Below, one piece after another: positions 26,401 to 39,300 of a stretch of 64,000 nt of DNA (within the stretch, counting starts at the first letter, position 1; each line of letters opens with the position of its first letter). The stretch comes from Ylistrum balloti. Taxonomy: Eukaryota. A program made the position numbers and the translations under genes. The stretch is from positions 62,001 through 126,000 of the forward strand of contig NW_026782168.1 in the NCBI RefSeq assembly GCF_031769215.1, given 5' to 3'. The notes beneath the pieces are model-generated. The model was not told the DNA's origin, did no database searches, and saw nothing but the letters and a program-made list of their open reading frames with translations.

Positions 26401-29400
26401 TGGGATCCTGTGTATAGTGTCTACTCTCAACAGAAACTGGTAGGTTGTGATTCCCTATGTGTGTACTGTCATGTCAATTGTTTACCTGGGAGGTATGTCT
26501 AGCTTATCCAATATTTGAAAGATGAAACTGCTCAAAATTATTTTTCACTAGAAAAATAAACTTGATCTTTGTAGTTTGTAATCTCCAAATCAAGATATTG
26601 TACAAATGTAGTATAACAGATTGTTAGAGGCTCTAATTTTCAAAAAAAGGTTAAGATCAGTTTCGATAGTCTGTGGCAGTCAAAATGTCAAAAGTTTGGT
26701 CTTTTATTGATGAAATTTTTTTTTTATTCAATATCAAATTATCATCCATTTAGTTTTAAATGAAACTTTATCACTGTGTTTCCAATTTGAGATATTTCTA
26801 CTTTCTAGCGTAAACTACCTGGTAACCCTCTCATACTCATCGCTCCCTCGGGCCCCACCCACAACAGTGCCTACTCCAAGCGAACACGTTTCTGGAACTC
26901 CCAACTATCACACCTAGGGAAGGTTATTCCAGTTACCATGCACACAGTCAGTGGTGGAAGTGGTGTGGGTATTGCCCAGTGTCTGGAGCACATGATTGGT
27001 GCTGTCCGTACCAAAGTCTTAGAGGTTTGTAGATAGAAACGTGTCCATTCTTACCAAGTATATCTGCTGGCGATATGTGTAAAATGATGGCCCATTAAAA
27101 TATATAGCTTATATGGTCACAGACAGCCACTTGGTAAGAAGCATGGCTTAGATATTGGTATACATGAACATACATATATATATACACAGCCTAGTGATAT
27201 GTACAGATGATAAAAGCCTTGCAATAAAATTCTGTACAGTCAATATGGCTGGCAGATGATCATGTACCTAAAATAGGAAGACTAGACTGAAGTATATTTT
27301 TAGCCCACCATCATCATATGGTGGGGTATTCAAATCGCCCTGCGTCCGTGGTCCGTCGTCCGTCCGTCCGTAAACAATTCTTGTTACCGCTATTTCTGGG
27401 AAAGTACTGGATGGATCTTCCTCAAATTTCATATGCAGTTTCCCCTTGGTCCCTAGTTGTGCATTGTACCTTTTTTGGACTGATTTGAATTCAAGATGGC
27501 CGACAGGCAGCCATCTTGGATTTTGGAAGTAAAAGTTTGTTACCACTATTTCTGGGAAAGTACTGAATGGATCTTTCTCAATTTTCATATGCAGGTTCCC
27601 CTTGGTCCCTAGTTGTGCATTGTACTTTTTTGGACTGATCTGAAATCAAGATGGCTGACAGGCAGCCATCTTGGATTTTGAGTGTAAAATCTTGTTACTG
27701 CTATTTCTGAGAAAGTACTGGATGGATACTTCTGATATTTCATAGGTATTGGTTTCCCTTGGTCCCTAGTTGTGCATTGTACTTTTTTTGGACTGATTTG
27801 AAATCAAGTTGGCCCACAGGCAGCCATCTTGGATGTCGACAGTAATACAGCATGCACATATTTTCTTCGATATTCTATCATATTGATTCAAGACCATGTC
27901 CATTATCCACCTGTAACTGACTGCTATCTAATAATACTTTGGGATCTTTTTCAAATGATATTTGCTAATAGGTGCTTAATAGAAATATCTTGTGCCATCA
28001 TTGAGTACATTCAATGAAGACCAGTTCACAAACATTTACGAAACCTGTAACACAAAAAAAAAAAAAATCTTCAAGAACTGAAAACAGACCCTCAAATAGT
28101 GGGTGCCAAGATCCCTCTGGGATCTCTTGTTGAATTTTGAAAAGCCTATTTTTGAAGAAAATGAATGAGGATTTTGCACTGATATAAAACTTTGTTAAAT
28201 TTTTAACCCTCTTGACAAGATGAAGCTCATCAGCAAAACCTGGATCACCAACTATTAGTACTGTTTTATATCTGTTTCTTCAGTTACAAAGCTGAATTAA
28301 GTTATCTTGCTGAAAGGCAATGTGACCTTACTCCTAACATTACAGTAACCAATCTTAACACTTACAGTATCCAGACATCTAAATTTGTATCTCTGATATT
28401 TGTATTTTCCAGCTGAAAGGTCATTTCCAGCATCGCCCCATAGTGTTACTAGGGTGGAGTATTGGTGCACTAATAGCCTGCCATGTAAGTAATTCTTCTG
28501 AAATTTTTATCTAGTTTTTGGTGTTTTAATCCACAAGTCATTGAATAATTATATAAGTACAATTATAGAATAGAAGTTCTTATAACACAACCAGTAGGCC
28601 ATCATGTCACACTATTTTCAACCTTAGTGTACATAGGATTATAGTGCAGCTGAAAAAGTTGGTCAGTTATGTACCACCTCGTACACTACGTACATCAGTG
28701 CTAGTACACTTCACACTGGTCATTTGCCTGATGAAGGTGACGGTATAGTCATCGAAACATCACACTTCTATTCTACTGACATTACCAAAATGAAGAAAAT
28801 GTTTCCAAAATAAGTACAATTATTTTACTATATCAGTGTATCTTGATTTGAATAGGTAATGAAAGTTCAAGCTATTAATACCTCTTCCAGCCAATTTCAA
28901 ATCAATTAGCTTTTTCTTGTGATTAAAAAATTTAATTTAGATCTTTTGACCAGAAAACAACCTTGTAAAGCATGGTCAGTAGATGCCACAACATGCTACT
29001 ATAATTGATGATCTGTTTCACACAACAGGTAGCCTTGCTAGAGTCAGTCAGTGCAGTAGTCTGTTTAGGCTTCCCTCTTACTGGGACCAATGGAAGTCGT
29101 GGGGTGAGTGTTTTACTGTATAACTGAGGTCAATGGTAAGGTGTATTTGAATTTGATATTTTAAGTTCTTTTACAACCATTCAGTATGGTATTAATCAGG
29201 TAATGAATTATGCATCACCGAAACAAGAATAAACATGCCAGAGTAGAGATGTTTTAAGATAGTTTTCTTCCTCAGAGATAGTAGGTAGACATGGATGTCT
29301 AATGTAAAATTTCATATGTGCTTTGTTTCATTCTGGTTGTAAATCTTTTTGCTGATCTTAAGAATGATACCAGGACATTTTCCACAATTTACTTGTACTT

Positions 29401-32400
29401 GATACTAAACCATAATTAGACATTAGTTTAGCTCTTTATATGTTACTAGAATATATGAAAACATACCAGCTTAGGATGACCTGAAAGGAGGTTTTTGACC
29501 AGCGTTAATATCAAAGACTATGATATAAATCTTGTTTATAAAACTGAATAAATGACTAATCTATTTTGATGATGATCTAAAATTGTCTGGATTTTGACAT
29601 TGTGATGACTGGTTTTGCAAATTCAGGACATTGAAGATGCATTGTTGGACAGTCGTACACCAAGTCTGTTTGTGATTGGTCAGCATAGCAACAATGCTGG
29701 CATAGATGATATGGAGGATCTCCGGGAACGCATGAAGGCAGAAAATGGACTCCTTGTCATAGGGGGTGCTGACAGTAGCCTTCGTGTGAGGAGTGCGAAG
29801 AAAAAAGAAGAGGGTATTACCCAAGTGATGGTAGACAGACGAATCCTGGCAAGTTTTAGTTCTAGATTTTGATCTGATGTGATTCTTAAACATTGTTGGT
29901 CTTCACTGATTTGTTCCACTGGCAAAAGTACATGTATTTTGTAGGTTTATCTTGAACTGATGATTGACTATGAAATACACATATGACACCATCATTTTAG
30001 TCAGATGTGAGGATTATTACTTATTATTTAATACAGAACACCTATCTTTTAGTAGTTGTAATTCCATATCTTGTGTTTTAATTTTGTGTTGAACATTCAA
30101 TGAAGAAGCAAGTTTACACTGTTGACAGCATTGTTTAGTAGGATTCACTGAGATGTGCCAGAAGTGCTATTAAAATCCAGTATATTTTGACAGGGCAAGA
30201 TAAATCAAAGTTGTGAAATACTACTAACAGCATTGAATAGAACTTGATTTTATCATTTTGATGTTTGGGATGTAAAAAAAACACATTTATGTAAAGGATG
30301 TTTAGTAGTTAATGTTTCAGTTTAATGGCATGATGATATTCTTCAGCCAAATTTTTACTCTGCCAGATTTCTGTTGCATTCCACTTTATTCTGACAGTTA
30401 TTCGTATGCCTATTTACCCAGAACAAGACAGTTACCTACTCTCATGAGTTTCAACTTACAGTACTTGCAAAGTCAAAGTTTTCTTTCATTTTATGCCAAA
30501 AACATAACAATTGATTGTCTTAAGATATTTCTAAACATCAAAGGTCACAGAGAGAAAAGTATAGTTAAATATTTGTGCAATACATTCAATTTTAGATGTT
30601 TTTCTTCTGATAGGAAGAATTGTCCGACTTTTTGGGAGGAATTTTATGCAAGTCTGCACACCTGAACATGGAGTCCAATGCTGATGTGTCAGATGCAGAA
30701 CAGAAAAAGAAGAAGAAAAAGAAGGTCATTATCTCAATGTTCTCCCTTTTTGGAGTTTCAGTATAGTTTGAAATATTCACAGGGGATTTAATGTGTCACC
30801 TAATAAATATTTTACATTGAATTAAAATCACAGAAAGTTTAAATTATATATATTGTATTCCTGTATACTTAATTTGCCTTTTTTAAGTGGGCATTGTCGT
30901 ATTTATCGGTAAGCTGAAATAGCTCAGGAAGTAGAAAATAAAACTTGAGAAACTTCAGATGAAGGTCCTTGGTGTGTGATCTGCTCCCTACCCCTACTGG
31001 TTAGTGTTTCTGAGTCGATCTAAGGTGTGTGGTTCACTCCTTACCCATGATGTTTGGTGTTTCTGGGAAGGCCTGATAACATGCAACAAGCCTCCCATCA
31101 AATGTTATGTTAGGTTAGCCACTAGCTACTGCAAGAAGAGCTCAACTCAAAATTACCATCAGTTCAATTGTATTCATGTATTGAAATGAATCCAATAGAA
31201 GTAAACCCTGGCTATAATGTCATGACAAAATGTGAATTGTAAGGGTACTTCCATCAATTTTTTTTATAAGTTGATATAGCATATCGTAGGGAAGTTTCAC
31301 AAAACTTTAATTTGTCAATAAGGAATCTCCATGCAGATTGACATCAATACAGCCATCTTTCATCATTTCTGTTCTGATCTGAACACTAGCTTAAACCCAA
31401 GTGAATGTTAGCATTTACATTTAAAGGTTTTGATGTAAAGCAGTTAATTATATATTTTAAAAAATTGTCAGCTGGCTGCTTAAGGAAAATTCACTGCTCA
31501 ATCAACATAAGTTATGCGACATTGTTTGACCGCTATTTAATTACAATCTCCTCTGACAGCCACATTTGGTTGCATGAAGTGTACTTCAAATATTACAACT
31601 GCAAATATTTTTCACTTGAAGGTATTAAGGATTAACTTACTCAATGGGGAATGTATAGAAGGGAAGATTGAACCTTAAATCTTTAGATGAGAATTTTCTT
31701 GACAATTTCAAAGTCCAGCTAAGGAAAAATATAACAATTTTGCTATGAAGAAAATTCTTCCCCGTGATTTTAGTGTAGGTTCTTATGGCCTCAAGTCTAT
31801 ACCATTCTAGATTGTGTATTCAAAACTAATTAAAGTATATGATGAACTTTAATGCTGAATTGTTCAACCTTTTCTATTATTGTATGCCTTAACTTCTCTT
31901 GCTCCTGTTCACAGTATGAGAGGTCCAGTCCTGTTTCTCCTGTGAGCCCTAAAGGCCTGACTGTAGCCAAAGCTCTTAAGTCTGCCCGGCAACAAGGTCT
32001 CACCTTTCTCAGTGGCACGTTCACAACTCAAGGCTTCACCACCACCTCTGGTATCAGTGCTGCTTCTGGACCCGTTATCTTCTCAGGAACCAGTAAGTAC
32101 AGATGAAATCAGCATAGATGCTTAGCTCAATGTGAACAGATCAACAAACCTGGGTCAACTGATTTGTAATGAAGCTTTATATGTGAAAATGTTTAATATG
32201 TATTGTCAGTCAAATTATATGGCAGGTTTAGACAAAAATTCAAATGAGAACAAAAAATTTTATCAGAACAATGTATTCTTCTATTTCAGAACCAAAAAAT
32301 GCACCAAAGAGGAAGTATGTGCGTAGTGCTCCTGGTACTGTTCCGAAGAAACGAATGAAGACGGCACTAGTAAATCAGTCCACACCTGTGACTAGTCCAT

Positions 32401-33947
32401 CCACACTACAAGCAATGAAGAGTGCTCCAGAACTGTCCGGATTATTATGTAGACCAGGACCTTTGTCCTTTAACATCCGTGGGAGTGAGCTTACTCCACA
32501 GTCACGTTTACCCTCCACAGTTACCGCTTTATCTGGAGCTAGTACAGATGGGACTAAAACTACTGTATCTTCACAAAGTCCACAGCATTCAGCATCCACT
32601 ATGTCATCACTAACCAGTAAGAGCCTGGCTGATCGCCTTGCTACGCTCATCAGCCAGAACCAAGCTCTAGACAAAACCACAGCCAAAGTTGCCTCTAAGC
32701 CGTTAGCCAAGCCCAGCCATAGTGTATGTGGTCCCTCCTCTTCTGACCTTTCACAGACTGCACGAGATGCCAGACAAGAATTATCAGCTGGTGTGGCACT
32801 GTCATCTGCTAACATTGTCTCCGCTCCAAACTCTTCATCTTCCCTGCAAATGACCCTCACTACACTCAGTAATGCTCTGCGTGCTGGTGGTCTGAAACCA
32901 CCAGTTCACATAACATCAGCATCTGCCACTGGTTGTAATCAGATCCAACAACTTTTGTCCTCTATTGCAAGATCATCTTCATCTTCATCTCCTCAGTCAC
33001 ATCCTGTTGTTGCTCATTCTAACTTGCCAACACTTCTGCAGACTCTGTCCTCTCCCACAGCAGCTAGTGCACATCATGGAAGTAAAGTTACCGTCACCAT
33101 CCCCACCTCAGCAGCTGTCAGTATACCTTCTACTATTAATGTTACTACAGTTGCTACCACAGCCACACAGATGCATTCTTCTGCCGGAAGTCAGACAGAG
33201 TCAGATAAAGTTCAGACAATACAGAAACTACAGTTTCATGATTTTCCTCTCACTACAACTGGACTTACAGACACAAGTTCCTCCATTGTCAAAGCCAAAG
33301 TCCATTCATCATCACGCCAAGAACTAATTTGCATGATGAAACCCCAGACAATCAGTACAACGTCTGGAAAGAGTGGAACAACACCTCCAGTCGTCTCATC
33401 ACTTCCTGTCCAGTCATCTTCTGTCACAGAAAGTACCACTTGCACTCCAAGTGTGACAGTTTCCATGGTAGCCACATCATCACCTTCAACAGGATTAGCC
33501 TCGACAGTAGAGAGAACTTTAATGAGTGGTGGCTCCATGACAACTGTTGCCAAGCCAGCACAGACACAAGAGAAACATATTAAAGTAGTCATGGCAACAG
33601 AAACATTAGGAAAAGTTTCATCTCTTCTTGAATCAAGTCCAGTCATTCATCGATCAACACCATCACCATTGGCAATGACTGCATGTACTTCTCAGCCAAC
33701 AAGCACTTCACAAGGAAGTGAGACAGACACTAAAAATGTTGGCACGGCAACAGCAGCTGTAATAGCCATGAGTGGCACACAAGCATCAGTTACTCAGATG
33801 TCCTGTGTATCGGTTACCAATAAAACTTTGACCAGTAAGGGTGTAGCATCTCCATTGGTCACAACATCTTATGTAACCCCTACTAAAGTCCATGTAGCCA
33901 CAACTCGGACAAGACGAATAAGGACCCCCAAACAGTACGATGTGTAA
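23497..33947 (+). CDS. KANSL3: KAT8 regulatory NSL complex subunit 3 (spliced gene)
   Basis: Phase-consistent exons: 23497-23651, 23856-24014, 25031-25121, 25550-25633, 25960-26061, 26302-26439, 26809-27024, 28413-28484, 29029-29103, 29627-29848 (GC donor), 30614-30724, 31915-32092, 32290-33947. [67 protein letters not shown] and MVDRRIL match recalled human KANSL3. Ends in a long S/T-rich exon. A probable non-coding first exon has its donor at 21441. Confidence 0.95.
27297..27835 (+). mobile_element. HINE-like element with ~156-bp central tandem repeats
   Basis: tttttagcccaccatcatcatatggtgg hairpin, (GTCC)n microsatellite, then about 3 copies of a 155-156-bp unit (27381, 27537, 27692) containing aagatggc...gccatctt palindromes. 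Confidence 0.75.
28725..28764 (+). ncRNA. Decayed minimal type-I hammerhead-ribozyme-like motif (Penelope/retrozyme type)
   Basis: tgc-CTGATGA-a-GGTGAC-ggtata-GTCATC-GAAA-catc-aca: catalytic core boxes and a 6-bp stem II are present. Two G>A changes at CpG would restore GAAACGTC and a TGC/GCA stem I. Confidence 0.45.
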
Positions 33948-35699
33948 ACCCACCACCAACTTGAAAAAAACTTTTAGCAAAACTGTTTAAATGGTAGGCC
34001 ATATCAGTTCTTGATGGATTATTGTCATTACTATATAAACACTTTATCTAGGGATTTTTCCAAATGTTTATTCTAGTGTCAAAATTTTGGAGTTATTTAA
34101 CAATATGGAAGCAGGAGAGACAACAGAATCTGCATACCATAAATCACCTGTCTTTCACCACTGTTAATTTTGATGATTTCAGTAATATTACAAGTTCACA
34201 GTCTTTCACTTTTGCGAATTCTGAGCCACCATTGTAAAATTCATAGTTTGTAGTCTTCACTAAAATCCATTTGGGAGCCCAATATCCCATGTAAAATTGG
34301 CTACAAATAAGCTTATGGTAGAGTGTTTGAGGGGCACAGGTAGGTAGTGACCTGTTCATAGACCAGAATCCATTTTGACACCATATTAACAGCACATGGT
34401 ATAATACCCAGGGGAATAAACCAATTTTATTAGCATTCAAATTCATGAAGTGATTCATGTTTTTGTTTGAATTGTAATATGGAGGTCAGTCAGTTATTTT
34501 AAAGCATGCATGGCTTCATATGAAGGTGATCAAGTCATAGAATTCAAAGACACTCCATATCATCACTGGAGTGTTTCATTTACATTACACAAGCTCCTCA
34601 GAATTCAACACAAGGGAATTAATTCTCTTTTACTATACATTTATGAAGCAAGTCGTTCATGTAGTTGTATGTACTGGACACATATATTCAGAATAGCATG
34701 GAGATAAATAGTCGTTTTATAACACAACAAATGTTAACTATGACAGTTGGAGTTCATTATCATCAGATAGCTTGTTTTTATTTTTTGCGATTTTTCTTCA
34801 TTGGTTAACGTAAATGGCACATAAAAGAAAGTTGGTTTATGGTATATGAAATATCCTGTTCCACTGGGAAAGATTCAATACTACTGTTAATGTTAAAAAT
34901 TTTTGTTTTAGTCAAAGATATATAGAGTGGAGAGATACATCAAAACACTTGTATCGCATGACTTTGAAGATGATTTTTCCAAGCCCTGAGATAGAAGATA
35001 TATTTATGTCGAAGGGCAAAGGTATGAAAAAAATGGACTAAGCTGTTTTATTGTACTGTCAGCATCTGGACCATTATTAGATGGAGGGGGGATATATCCG
35101 ATTCAGACACTTTCTGGGACATATTTTTATTGTTAAAAGAAAGTCAAAGGAGACATAATCGCATGGAATTAATTTTAATACTCTGTAATTAGAATTTTCA
35201 CAAGCAATCAATATTCACTCTCCTGTTGGTCCACAAGGTCTGAATTCGCATTTAAACTATTAAGAAACTTGTCAAATGCAGATTTCATCAATGTTTCCTG
35301 ATGTTCAAGCATGTGGTCATTAGTTAAATCCACTTATGATATCAGGAAAAGAACATAATTTTTCATATTTCTTATACCGCTAAGTGTCCACTTTGATAAT
35401 GTAACCTGTTTATGTTGTTCAGAAATATTTCTTTGTTAAAATTTGTTCTACAAAGTTGCATTTGTTATTGTCAAATGTGCTCAATGTTTTATTATGTACA
35501 GCGTAGTTACACGGATTAAATATTGATTATGGAATAAATGAAAAGCTGTATCTCAAAAATGTCCTGTCTACAATTTTATGTTTTGTAGTTTTGAACACTC
35601 ATCTCTTGGAACAACATCCTATCGGGGAATAAATGAAAAATTGCATTTAAAAATTTCTGCCTCATTTAAGAAATAAGATATGTAGTAAACCTCAAATTG

Positions 35700-36085
35700 C
35701 CTTGGATGACAATAGGACATAAATAAAGATTGGATGGAGATGATAGGACAACTTATAACCTTGGATGACAATATGATAAATTACAATCTTGGATTACAAT
35801 GATAGGACAAATGATAACTTTGAATGATGATGCGACAAATTATAAATTTTAATTTTGAATGATAATGATGGGACAAAATATAACTTTAAATGATGATGGG
35901 ACAAATGCTAACTTTTGAATGACGATAGGATAAATCATAACTTTGGATGACGATGACGGGACAAATTATAACTTTGGATGACAATAGGATAAATATATAC
36001 TTGGATGACAGACTGGCCAAATTATCCCTTTATAATGATGATCAGACAAACATATACTTGGACGACGATAAGACAAACTAGATGA
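35700..36085. repeat. Degenerate ~28-31-bp tandem repeat
   Basis: Recurring ttggatgac(aat/gat)aggacaaattataact units between the KANSL3 and MRPS26 stop codons. Confidence 0.75.
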
Positions 36086-36354
36086 CATGGAGATGGAAAC
36101 CATTGTGGGGATACTTAATTGATTGCAAAGACATTACTATATGTAGAGTGCTAACCACTGTAACGGGGGCACTAACTATTACCTTATATGAAGATAGGAC
36201 ATAGCACAAACTCTTGGCATTAAAAATGTCGGATGTTTCGATTTTTCTTTAATCCAATCTTTAAGTACGAAAATATCAGTTAACTACAACAGTTTGTCCT
36301 GAACAAAGAAAAAAACAAACTTCATTTGGACTATATCATTTTAATCAAAACATA

Positions 36355-39300
36355 TCACGTTTTTGGCTCATCTGTTACTTTTGACTCCAATTTTTCAGGG
36401 TTTGCTTTGGCTCCTATAACATTTCCTGAAAGGTCAACTGCAAATAAGTAGCTCTCAGAAGTGTCAAGTACATCATCAATCACCTCGTCTACATTACTTT
36501 CCGTGATAAATTTATCAATCTGGTCCTGAAATCCCAAAAATGCTTTTTTAAGCTAATGTTGAAAACAAATCATATCTTGTACTCAATCTTAATTATATTA
36601 CTACAGAAAAACTGGAAATTTTTTTAAAGAAACATCAATCATAATACTCAAGGTTTTCCAAAAAGAAACAATTCAAATTATGAATAAATTAACAAAATTT
36701 AACATTTTAAAAAATCTTTTTGAAATGATGTTTTTGTACTACCTATGAAGAGAATATCTCTACTTAATACGAGAAGCAGAAGAAAATTACCAATTCATAT
36801 GCAACCCTTTCTGAAGCTTCTTTATGACGTCTAGTGGCTCTCCTGTCCTGGACAGCCTTAATCCTGTTGATCTCCTCCAATCTTACTGCAGCATCTTTAG
36901 CTTGTCTCAGTTCCCTATTGAAAATAAGAAAAGACTCCATCATATGTATCAATTTTATTTATTTTACAACAATTACGAAACAAGCTTATAGCATATATAA
37001 ATCATTCTTTTTAGCTTGACTGAAGCACAAAAGTTGTCTGTGGGAGAAAATCAAAGGAAAACCCTTGTGGTTGGGCAGGTGAATCCAGACCTTTTCAGAG
37101 AATTGAACCCAAGTCATCTAGGGGAAGGCGAGTATACTAACAATATACTACCTGGCCTCCCATAATCATAAAAACATATCTTGACATCACAATCTGATTC
37201 TGTAAAATACTTTATTTTTGTGGGGGTTTATTTTTATTTGAGTTTGTGGGAACTCGACAAATGCATATGCCACAAAGTGATTTATAAATACTTCTGAGTT
37301 TAAACTTTGCTGGATTTTGTATGTAATATTTAACTATGAAATTTAATGTCAAAGAAAATACATTTTACATAAAACCACAAAATCAGAACCCACAAAAATA
37401 TCTGATTTTACAGTGTGATCTCATCTCATCCTATCACTAACATTATGGGGTTTAATGCTGCTATATGAACAGTCAGGTTTAGCTTGAGGTAGGATCTCTT
37501 TGTAATAGCTGGTAGCTACCTTACTGAACAACATACTGGAGGCCCATCACCATTCAGAGCAGTCAGAATAAAGCATCTTGCTCAAAGACATATCAGGAAT
37601 ACTGAGTGGGTAGGGGGGTTTGTCAGCTGAAATACTATTACAACAGGTAGATATCATCAAACCATGCACCTCGGACATTTACCTGAAGTTACAAAGGCAA
37701 ACACTCTACCGACTCAGCTATTGTGGCACACTCATGAATATTCTGATATGTATGATTTATACTGGATAATGTGACTTGATGTTTGACAATGATATTGGAC
37801 AATGTGACATGATTTTTGTTACATTTAAACAAGACAATGTGACTTGAGGTTTGACTTTTATACTGGACAATGTGACATAATGTTTGATTTACACTGGTGT
37901 CATGATTGGTAAATACTTGACAATGATATCATGTTTGGTTTATAAATGACATTGTGACATCATGTTTGATTTATAAATGACATTGTGACATCACATTTGG
38001 TTTATACATGACATTGTGACATCACATTTGGTTTATACAGGACACAGTAGCATCATGTTTAGTTTATACAGAGCACGATGACATCATGTTTGGTTATACA
38101 TGATACTGTGACATCATGTTTAATTTATACAGGGCACAATGACATCATGTTTGGTTATACATGATACTGTGAAATCATGTTTAGTTTATACAGAGCACAA
38201 TGACATCATGTTTGGTTATACATGATACTGTGACATCATGTTTAATTTATACAGGGCACGATGACATCATGTTTGGTTATACATGATACTGTGACATCAT
38301 GTTTAGTTTATACAGGGCACGATGACATCATGTTTGGTTATACATGATACTGTGACATCATGTTTAATTTATACAGGGCACAATGACATCATGTTTGGTT
38401 TATACAGGGCACAATGACATCATGTTTGGTTATACATGATACTGTGACATCATGTTTAATTTATACAGGGCACAATGACATCATGTTTGGTTATACATGA
38501 TACTGTGACATCATGTTTAGTTTATACAGGGCACAATGACATCATGTTTGGTTATACATGATACTGTGACATCATGTTTAATTTATACAGGGCACAATGA
38601 CATCATGTTTGGTTTATACAGGGCACAATGACATCATGTTTGGTTCATACAGGGCACAATGACATCATGTTTGGTTATACATGATACTGTGACATCATGT
38701 TTAGTTTATACAGGGCACAATGACATCGTTTGGTTTATACAGGGCACAATGACATCATGTTTGGTTTATACTGGACATTGTGACATTATGTTTGATTTGA
38801 CAGAAATGTACAAGTGATATTATATTTTGCTTGTTCATGACATCATATCACATTTCATTTATTCTAGACAATGTCATGTGATTATATGTTTGGTTTATAC
38901 TGGACGAAGTGGCTTTTTATTTGATTTTACAGTGGTGGACAAAATGACAAAATTTTTGGTTGACAGTGCTGGACAGTACAACAGACATCATGTTTGGTTT
39001 ACACTGGACATTTACACTGAAATTTTGAAATCATAACTGGTTTATAGGGGCACAATTAAAGGACATGTAACTTATAACATGTATACTAGGCCAGAAACTC
39101 GTGTGAGCTGGACTTAAGACTGGATCCCATTATCCTAACAGCTAATATTTCTGTGAAATTTCAAGTTAAGATAAATATTTACTTTTGGATAATTTGTTAT
39201 ATTTCCTGGAGGCTATTAGCTCACTACAACCAATGGGTAATCTTTTCAATGACCATCTAAATATATTTACTTATCTTCTGTTCTTTATTATAGACTTTCA

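Noticed and set aside
32375-33646. Antisense and alternate-frame ORFs over the last KANSL3 exon
   Set aside because: These are shadows of a long S/T-rich coding exon with no independent motifs.
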